Source: a virus
Lineage: Duplodnaviria > Caudoviricetes
DNA length: 53,986 nt
Direction: 5' to 3' (one strand)
Virus record (IMG/VR): IMGVR_UViG_3300032218_001859
Location: 1 to 53,986 of that record
This document shows positions 26,840 through 36,600 of this stretch, piece after piece (the first letter of the stretch is position 1; each line of letters starts with the position of its first letter). The notes beneath the pieces were generated by a model. The model was not told the DNA's origin. It saw only the letters and a list, made by a program, of their open reading frames with translations, and made no database searches. The translations under genes were made by a program, and so were the position numbers.

Positions 26840-26994
26840 CTCGGATGGACAGGAAATATCCAGTTCTTCCAAATGTGAAGGTAAGGAAAGTAAAAGGAGC
26901 ATGGGAACGCCTTCGGGATGATACCGCACCTGCCTATCAACACCCCTCAAGCCTATCTCGGGACGCCGAATGATGCTCAAACAGAGGGGTCACT
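26840..26994 (+). ncRNA. Candidate structured RNA between two tRNAs
   Basis: About 51% GC; stems 26879-86/26929-35 and 26942-48/26984-90; C(UUCG)G loop; loop-loop complement GAGCAT/ATGCTC. Confidence 0.45.
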
Positions 26995-27074
26995 GCCCAA
27001 GTGGTGAAATTGGTATACACGCTTGACTTAGGATCAAGTGCTTCGGCGTGGAGGTTCGAGTCCTCTCTTGGGCA
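26995..27074 (+). tRNA. tRNA-Leu(TAG)
   Basis: GCCCAAG/CTTGGGC acceptor, CTTGA-CTTAGGA-TCAAG, short V-arm GC-TTCG-GC, TTCGAGT. Confidence 0.93.
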
Positions 27075-27120
27075 CTTCGAATTTTATAATTCGAAATTCA
27101 AATTTCAGTTCAATAAAATT

Positions 27121-27161
27121 GGGGAAAAATTCCCCGCCAAAAAATCGTCAAAAAAGTCGAG
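27121..27161 (+). repeat. 41-bp A-tract element, copy 2
   Basis: 35/41 identical to 25387-25427. Confidence 0.8.
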
Positions 27162-27170
27162 GGTAAAGAA

Positions 27171-27314
27171 ATGAGCTTACTTTCTAAAAAAGATCACGAA
27201 ATGGTTATTGAGGCACTTGAGGCTTTAATAGAAACAAAACAAGAGGAAGACGATATTTTTGAATATAGTAATTTATTGAATTGGGTTAAAATTAAATCAA
27301 AAGACAAATTTTAA
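27171..27314 (+). CDS. Small hypothetical protein (47 aa)
   Basis: MSLLSKKDHEMVIEALE...NLLNWVKIK; GAGG RBS. Confidence 0.65.
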   Translation: MSLLSKKDHEMVIEALEALIETKQEEDDIFEYSNLLNWVKIKSKDKF

Positions 27315-27476
27315 ATGAACATTAAACTTTGGTATTGTACATCCATGAAACTATGGCGCTGGACATTAACTGATGATTCTAGACCAATCATCAAACAAGA
27401 ATCTGGACAACGACCAGATTTAAGAGATGCTATGAATGACGTAGCAAACACAGTTGAATACATGTTAGGCAACTGA
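27315..27476 (+). CDS. Small conserved hypothetical protein (53 aa)
   Basis: MNIKLWYC..MKLWRWTLTD...QESGQRPDLRDAMNDVANTVEY. Confidence 0.75.
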   Translation: MNIKLWYCTSMKLWRWTLTDDSRPIIKQESGQRPDLRDAMNDVANTVEYMLGN

Positions 27477-27482
27477 TTTTAT

Positions 27483-27555
27483 TCCCCGATAGCTCAATTG
27501 GAAGAGCAAAGTGCTGTTAACACTGAGGTTGTTGGATCGTGCCCAACTCGGGGAG
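27483..27555 (+). tRNA. tRNA-Asn(GTT) with atypical T-loop
   Basis: TCCCCGA/TCGGGGA acceptor, CTGTTAA loop, T-arm GTTGG-ATCGTGC-CCAAC. Confidence 0.85.
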
Positions 27556-27596
27556 TTGGCAATAATGCCAAGAACTAAACTCCTTCCGTGTGCTTT

Positions 27597-27621
27597 AAAA
27601 CCTCCCATAAAGGGGGGTTTT
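27597..27621 (+). terminator. Terminator closing the tRNA cluster
   Basis: AAAACCTCCC...GGGGGGTTTT hairpin. Confidence 0.7.
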
Positions 27622-27625
27622 ATTG

Positions 27626-27633
27626 TATAAATA
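27626..27633 (+). promoter_or_regulatory. Late promoter TATAAATA for the giant virion gene
   Basis: Exact consensus 36 nt upstream of ATG 27670. Confidence 0.8.
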
Positions 27634-27669
27634 CATTCAAGAAGAAAGCACACATAGGTCTGAGTAATT

Positions 27670-30600
27670 ATGGCTCTTACAAGACTTGATAATCTGTACT
27701 CAAGCAAAACTGGTAGATATCTATACGTTTCCCCAGATGATTTCAACGCTACAGATGAATTAGACAATAGAGGTAATTCACCTCTACGTCCATTTAAGAC
27801 AATTCAAAGAGCCTTTATCGAAGTATCTCGTTATTCATACCTACCTAACGCAGAAGATAGGTTTGACCAATTCAGCATCATGTTGATGCCTGGAAATCAC
27901 TACATTGATAACCGTCCTGGTGCAGTAGACGTAACAAATAAAGAACCAAGATATTTGGATGGCGCAAATTTAATCGAAGCAAACCGTCAAGAAATTATTG
28001 ATCGTGCATTTGCCCAGATTGCTATTGATTATAATGAAGCTGCTTGGGGAAATAATTGGGTAGTTCCAGGTGATAGTAATTTAGCAGGAAATCCATTAAA
28101 TAGATTTTTTGACGCATATCGTTTAATTCAAAGAAATCGGAATCAAATTGTTGACGCTGCGTATGCTACTGTAATTGCTTCTCCTCCTTCACCTCCCCCA
28201 GCCAATCTTCTTGCCAAGTGTAAAAGAGATATTGGATATTTTATTGACGCAGTATCTTTAGATGTATGCTTAGGTGGTGGAAATAAGTACACTAGAAAAT
28301 TTGTAAAAAATTATTTTAATGCTGCTGGAAATTCTTGGTTAAGTAATACATTAGAGGGAGAGCAAACTCAGTCAAGAACAGCTTTTGCTGCGGCAAGAGA
28401 TCAAATGAATCTTGCATTAAATAATCAACTAACGTACAAAGATTTAACAATTTCTGTCGATCCGGTAACAAATAGTAACCAAAATCAAAATTCTTGTAAT
28501 AATGTTAAATCTGTAGTATTTTCACTTTCTCAGATTGTTTTAGATGTTATTACTTCCGGCAACCCCAGCACCCTTGTTGGCGAAACCTCACCTCCTGTAA
28601 TTGGAGATGGACAAAATATTTGTAAGCGTGATATTGGTTATATTGTAGATGCTACAATATCTGATCTTAAAACTGGTGGTAATAGCAATATTATTCAAGC
28701 TGCTAGATCATATTTTGGTAGAAATGGTCAACCAATCAGCAATGGTTTAATTGGTGAAGAAGCTCAATCTATTATTGCTTTTAATGCAGCAAGAGATATG
28801 ATGAGAAAGGCGGTTTCCAACCGTTTATACACAAAAAATTTAACTTTACTAAGTGGCCCTTCGGTAGCAAATGGCACAGGAGCAATTCAACCACTTTCAC
28901 CATCAGGAAATGAATTTGCTTGTGTTGACGTACAAGACACTATTTCTTCATTAATTTTAATTTTAACAACCGTAATTGCGGACGGTAATCTTGGCAGCCT
29001 TGATCTTATTGAAATTACTGGTGATATTCCTATCTTCAATTACAATCAAGCATTAGAAGAATGGAATGATAACAGCATTCTTGATCTAGGCAATCCAGAT
29101 AACGTTCTTTACAAATTTAATGCTAGTACTGGTGGTGCTATTGTTCCTAGAGGTTGTTCTCTAATTGGTTACGATCTTCGTAGAACAATTGTGCGTCCTT
29201 TGTATGTACCTGATCCTGCTGACGGAACGCAAGGAAGAACATCGGTATTTAATTTGACTGGTGGTTGCTATATTTGGCAGTTTACGATTAAAGATGGAGA
29301 TCTCTCTACAAATTCTCCATTATTTGATCCAGTTGCAAATGTTGGTAAAGTTTATTATCAAGCTGGCAATACATTGCAGTTGGCAGTACCTGAGTATTCT
29401 CACCACAAAATCTGCATCATGGAATATGCAGATAGTGACGAACTTGATATCTATTACACAAAAATTTCTAGAGCATTTTCTAGATTCCAACCAACTATTG
29501 ATGATGGCGACTTCTTGTCCTTAGTACAGGAAAATAGAATTGTAGGACCACTTTCTGATACTAGAAGAATTGAAAGCATAAGAATTACAGATTCTTCTCC
29601 TGTAGGAACTTTGACAGTTCGAGTAACTACAAAAATTGATCATGGATATTTTGTAGATCAGTATATTGCAATTTTAAATAACGGTCTCAGCGATCAACTC
29701 AACGGCACCTTTAAAGTTAGCAATACTAACGTAGGGGGTAATCCTAAAGTATTTGAATATAAAATTTTGGGAAGTATTTCTTCTTTAGGAAATCCAACTC
29801 TAGTAAGTGGTGCAACTTATACATCCGCAAATGGGCTTGATACTAATGCGGTATCTCAAGCAGAAATTGATTCTGTTGAGTCAGCTTCTCCTTATGTCTT
29901 CAACTGTTCAATTCGTTCCACATGGGGTATGTGTGGTATGTGGGCAGACGGATCCAAAGCAACTGGATTCAAGTCAATGGTTGTTGCTCAATATACTGGT
30001 GTTTCACTACAAAAAGATGATAGAGCGTTTATTCGTTACGATAAATTTACTAATACCTGGAATCAAGCTTCACTAACTGACGCATTTGCGACAGTTCCTT
30101 ATCACACCAAAGGTGATGCTTATTGGAAGGATGATTGGAGAAACTTCCACATTCGTGCTTCGGATGATTCCTTTGTTCAATGCGTTTCTGTATTTGCTGT
30201 TGGATTCCATGATCACTTCTTGATGGAATCTGGTGGTGATATGTCTATCACCAACTCAAACTCTAACTTTGGTAATACTTCACTACACGCAGTTGGATTT
30301 AAAGGATTCTCTTTTAACCAAGATAAAGGCGGATATATTACTGATATTATTCCACCTAAAGTTATTAATACTTCACCAAGTAATGAATCTAAAATACAAT
30401 ATTATACATTAGATATTCTTGCTTCCAATAATCAAACCAATCATACAAAAATTTATCTTGGTTCTGAAGATGCCACAGATCCTGCAAATAGACCTGCTGC
30501 TACCATACAAGGATACCGTATTGGTGCTAAAAAAGGAGAAAAAATATTTGTAAAACTTGATATTGGTACGTGTTATGCTACTTTAGCACCTACTGGATTT

Positions 30601-33600
30601 GATACTTACACAACATCTTTAGAAACATTAAATCCCGGCGGAATTCAAATTAATCATAAAGCACAAGATGCTGCTGATAGAATTGAAGACAACAAAAATT
30701 TCATTCAAAATGAAGCTTATCAATATATTATTTCAAAATATCCTGCGTTATTAACAAACACAAATATCACGATTGCCAAATGCCAGCGTGATATTGGTTA
30801 TTTTGTTGACGCTGTGGTTTCTGATTTGAGGCTTGGTGGAAACATTAATACCATTCAAGCTGCTGAAGGATATTTTGTTGGTGGATCATTAGCTTATATT
30901 AACGGAGAATTAAGTGAAACAATTGATGCTTTAGATTATGTAAAAAATCTAAGCATCGCAGCAATGCGTAATTTTGATTATTTACGCAAAAATTGTTCGA
31001 CAACAGCAGGTTCTCCGATTGTTACTGTTGGAGATACCAGTGGTCTTGTGATTGGAATGAGAGTTGCTGAATATGCTAGTAATAGGTTTAATAATGGCAA
31101 ATTGATTGCAAACTCCTCCCCAATTGTAAATAATATTCCTGCCGAAACTTACATCAAAAAAATTATTAATTCCACTCAAATTGAAATAGGAACATTTGGT
31201 AGTCGTTTAAATCAAGGTAGCACTAGAAATGCAATACTAGGTTCTAGTAGTGTTTGGTTATATTTTACATTAGAAAATGGTGCTTGGTATACTACGCATT
31301 CTGTTGGAGTAACTACCGATCCTTCTATAATTCAAGATACTGTATATCCAGAATGTGTTGATATTGCTACTACAATTACTGAATATTTTAGGGATATTCA
31401 ATTAACCATTAATCAAGGTCCAAATACTGTAATTAAAATTGAACCAGTAATTGATTATACTAGTTTAACTAAAAGAGCAACAATTTTTACAATTAATACT
31501 GGAGCAGGTACATCCAATCCACATAATTGGGAAACTGGAACACCTGTTAAACTTGTTCCCAGAGCAAAACCAGGAACCAATCCAGATAAACGCCTTATTC
31601 GTTTACCTAAAGGATTTGATGCAAATACAAAATACTATGTAATTGCTCCTGGTAGAAAAACAGAACCATATGATTATTCAGGAACAACTTATTTTAATGG
31701 TTCGGATCAAACTAAATTAATGCTTGCAGCTACAAAAGAAAATTCTGCTGCTGGTATCTACATCTATTCTCCAGAAACAGAATCTATAGATCCTGATGTA
31801 GAAATTTTGGTCGAGCAATATGTATTGGATGATGTATATGATTTACACAAATATAAGTGTAATTTTACTGATGGCAATACTCAAAACATACAAACTGATG
31901 TTGCTCATATTTTTGATTTACCAAATGCAGCTGTAACACCACAAAAAGTATTTTTCCGTGTTGCTGATGATATTTTAGATTCTCAATTACCACAAATTAG
32001 TGGTCAAGGAACTGTAAATCCAAAAAGATATTATTATGCTCGTTATGTAAATAGCAAAAAATTTACTGTTCACTTAACACATGCGGATGCCATTGCCGGA
32101 ACCAACGAAATTTCATTTGTTGGTGGGTTTGGAAGGAATTTTTATGTTTTTGCAAATAAAAGAAGAAGTCCCTTGTTATTTGATGCAGAATATTCAGCTA
32201 CTGGAAACACAAGCGGATTGTGGTATCTACAAGTAATTAACGAATCTTCTGGGGCAACACTAAAAACTGATAGTATCTTGACACGTTTTCATGATGTTCG
32301 TGCATACGGTCCAGGATCAGGAAAAATCAGAACATTGGATTCTTGGTATACACGTATAGAAGATACTAGATCAAAAGAAGATCGTGTTTATAGGCTTCGC
32401 TATGTCGTTCCTAAGTACCTTGAAACTGTTAGAAATCCTCTCAATGGCTTTGTTATTAAAATCAGAACCGACGATAAGAGAAGACTTGTTCCCCAAAAAA
32501 TAGTTCTTGCCCCAGTTTCCGGCAACACACAAAATACCGCAGTATTTAAAAACAACATTGGCTTCCGAGAAACAATTGGATTGACTCGGGATAGTTATGT
32601 ACTTGGTGGAATTGGTGCTAGTGTTTTTGAACAGAGCCCAGAAAAACGTGTAGGACTTTATGATCCTTATTATACAGAACCTAAAATAGTTGAAACCGAA
32701 TCAAATATTGCATTTACAATCCAATCTGCAAGAAAAATTGCAAACGATTATCTTGAAGTAATTGCTTTTGATCATACTATTATTAATGAATCTTTAAAAA
32801 ATGAAACTTTTACAGCTATTGAAATTAGTCAACCTCAAGGGGGCGATGGTATTTTCAGTAGTGCTTTGAATGCAGAAAGAATTAATTGGACCGGCTTTTC
32901 TTCTGGTTCTGCAATTGTACATTCTTACAAAAGTGTAAACAACAGATACTTCTTAATTCTTCGTATTACTGAAGGATCTATTAATTATAGTTCGGCTGTT
33001 GCAACATCATTTAGTCAAATTAAATCGCCGTCTACTATTACTGCAAACTTAATTGGTAAAGCAAATAGTATTGGTGATCCTCAAGGAAGAGATAAATCTA
33101 ATCGTAGAGATTATCTCTATAGAGTAGAAGGTGCTAATGTATACACATTAGTACCAGGAGATTATATTACTGATGATACTGGTAAGAGATATCAAATTGT
33201 AAGTGTTGAAGATGTTGGTAATATTGAAGATACTTTTTATATCTTTGACATTAATGAAGTACAAGAAAGAATTGCTGGCCAACAAGATGGTATTTACTAT
33301 CTAACATGTGTTAGAGGCAATATTTCCCCATTCCCAACAAACGCTGGTGTTGGTGATAACTTTAAAAATTATAAATTTTCTCAACCAATTTCTCAGTTAT
33401 ACCCACAAAATTATAAAAATGACCCAGTATGGTTTAAACAGATAAATTCATCATATAACGACGCTCCTGCTTCAATATCTGCTGCCGATAATTATGTTCA
33501 TGGATTAGTAACTATAAATGATTCTAAGAGAAGTGAAACTAAAGAGCTTGTTTATGATATAATTGAGCAACCAGCTTTATCACGTTATGAATTTGAAAAA

Positions 33601-36600
33601 TCAGAAAGTTTCACTTCCGCAGTAGAAGGATCTAATATTATTCAAGCTCAAGAAGGTAACGCAACTTCTGGTTCTGAAGATAGAAAGATTCCAATTTCAG
33701 GTAATTCTGTATTCCCACTCGAACAAAAACTTTATGTAGAACTTCGTAGACCATCTATTGCTCGTTCTGGTAACCACACATTTGAATATCTTGGTTTTGG
33801 TCCTGGTAACTACTCAACTGGCTTTCCACTTCGTCAAGAAGTTGTTCTTTCTGATACTCAAGATTTCTATGCACAATCTAAGAAAGAAAATGGCGGTATT
33901 GTATTCTACACGGGTTTAAACTCTAACGGAGATCTTTATATTGGTAATAGAAAAATCAATGCTATTACTGGAGTAGAAACTTTCTTAGAGCAAGCTGTTT
34001 TAGAAGATTCTGTAGATGATAGTGGAGATAATATTGGTTCTTTGGTAACTACATTTAATGTTCCTGTTACATTCAATGAGCGTATTACTGTTGAAGGTGA
34101 CGCTAACTTCAATAATCCAGTTACCATTAGTGTAGATGCTACAGAAGGAACTGCATTAAGAGTAACAAGTATTCTTAGTGCAGATCAGGGAGATGATATG
34201 TCCTTGAGTAATGGACAACATCAGAAAAATTCTGACGGTGATATTACACTAGGCAAAAATAGAATTAATTCTGCAATTTATGGCATTATTCCTAGACAAG
34301 AGCTTGGAAATGTGGGGCAACCATATTCTATTCGAACTCATTTTATATCTGGGGTAGGACCAACTAACATTACTCCAGATCAAAGTAAAAGATTCAATAA
34401 TTTACAAGAAATTAGTTATAGTAATACTCAAAAACCAGAAAACGGAGATATTCTTTTCAAAGGTAAGGAAGTAGGTTTATCTGGATCATTGGGTTGGATT
34501 TATGCAAACTATTATACTACTATTGGCAATACTAATATTCAAAATATTATTAGTAACGGGACTGTATTAACAATAAATTGGATCTCGACAGTAACAAATG
34601 GACAATTAAAGGTAACTTCTGGTTCTAAATTAAGAATTTCTAATTTTAGCCTAAATTCAAATCTTAATGGTACTTGGACAGTTCTTTCTGCGGGGATTGA
34701 CGCTAATTTTTGTACGTTTGCTATTGGAAGTGTCCCAGCAGTTGGAACCACTTATAATAACAATCAGATTATTTCTACCAATCCTGGATTTGAAATTTCT
34801 AGAGCAAACTGGAAAGAATTTGGTATTCTTGGTTCCGAGTCAATCAGAACTAATACTGAGGACATTGGTGATTACCGAGTTGGTATCAACACCGTTGCTC
34901 GTGCCTCACATAATGCTTATACAAATGCATTTGTTGAAAACGGTGCTACTAACCCAAGAGCTAACCTTGATATTGTTGGAACAACATTTATCAGTGGTAA
35001 AATTCTATCAACTTTACCAAATAATTTTATTGCTAATTCGGCTTTTATTAATAGAACATTTATCAATCAAGACAATGCGTTGTTAGTTGGTGGTGACAGT
35101 GCTAATCCAAACAATGTTTCTGTATTCAGAATATCCACTACAAACAACGGAAGAGTTGGTATTAACACAACTAATGCTCAACTAAATGGTGCTGCTGATA
35201 GTGGAATTTATAATGTCGCTCTTGCGGTAATCGGCTCTTCTGCAATTAGTCAAAATCTTAGAGTTGGTGGAACTTCGTCTCTAATTGGAGATACTACAAT
35301 TACTGGTGATTTGGCAGTTAACGGGGGAGATATTACAACCACTACAACTGCAGGAACATTTAATTTACTCAACCAAAACACATTTACTGGAACTACAAAT
35401 ATTAGTAATTATGCTTCAACAATTAATGTTGGCAATTTTTCTACCAATTCCGCCATTAGAATTGGCAATAACATTGCTTCTACTGGTTCTTCAACTATTA
35501 GCATTGGCGGAGCTTTTAACACAGGAGAAACGTTTAGTTATGTTTCGTTTGATTCTAAATTAACAAGAGTTGGTGGTGATCTTGCCCTTAGCTACTTAAG
35601 AGGTATTGGTTCTTCACTCAAGATTACTGTCCCTACCGGCTCTACACTTGATGCCTTTAATGAAGCAACGGTTGTCAATCTTGCTAACAGTGCTTCCACC
35701 ATCAGATTTGGTGGTCAGGGTGGTACTACAACTATTAGAAATTCTCTCAATGTTGATGCTAGCCTATCAGTTAATGGTAATGTAATATTGCGTGGTGGTT
35801 TATCATCATTTGATTTCAATGGTTCTAGAGCACAACTAGGAACTTCGGCACTTGCTTTAACTGGTCAGGAAGCAGCACCGCTAGATAAAACTGTTGACCT
35901 TATCACTATCGTTAATGGCAATTCTATTAGTCCAAATTATTTCGTAAATCAAATTGATACTCCTGGTTCTGGTGATTGGGGTGGAGCAGGATTCCGAGAT
36001 GAAATTCTTGCCTATTCATTACCTGCTCTTAGTGGTAACAATTATTATCTACCACTACTTACTGCTCCAAGATATAGTGAGGGGGATTTCCTCTTAATTG
36101 ATACACAAAATGGAAGTAAGCACCCAGAGATTGTTAAAATTCCTACTGGGGGATTAGTTAAAACTGAAGCTGCTCCATATTATATCAAAGTTCAAAGGCA
36201 ACCACTTGGTACGTTTACTCCAACTAGAGCAGATCATGATGATTTAACTTATGTAAGAAAAATTAATGTTGCTCTTGACGCTACTTGGATCAAAAACAAT
36301 ATTGATAATACTGGTGGCACCGATCTATTCCAACTTGCAGAATTTGGTGGGCAATTGGCAATTGGTGATTATATCATTGTTCAAAGAAATAGTGCTGGAA
36401 CTGTTGGTGAATTTGTTAAGATTAATTCTTCCAGCAATACTGTTTCAAGAAAATTAACTATTACTGATGGTGGATCATCACCTTTATCTGTATTTCAAGT
36501 TGATTCGGTAAATGGTGATACTACAATTGGTAATCCTAATATTGCTAATAGTGGAGATTTAACAGTTTATGGAACATTTACTCTTGACGGAAAAGATTGT

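Noticed and set aside
26840-26900. Theta/HDV-like ribozyme after tRNA-Thr
   Set aside because: No G-initiated P1 or nested double-pseudoknot pattern could be built at the tRNA 3' end.
26686-26980. ORFs 26686..26973 (+) and 26723..26980 (-)
   Set aside because: They run through tRNA-Thr and cpeT with no RBS; the region is better explained by RNA genes.
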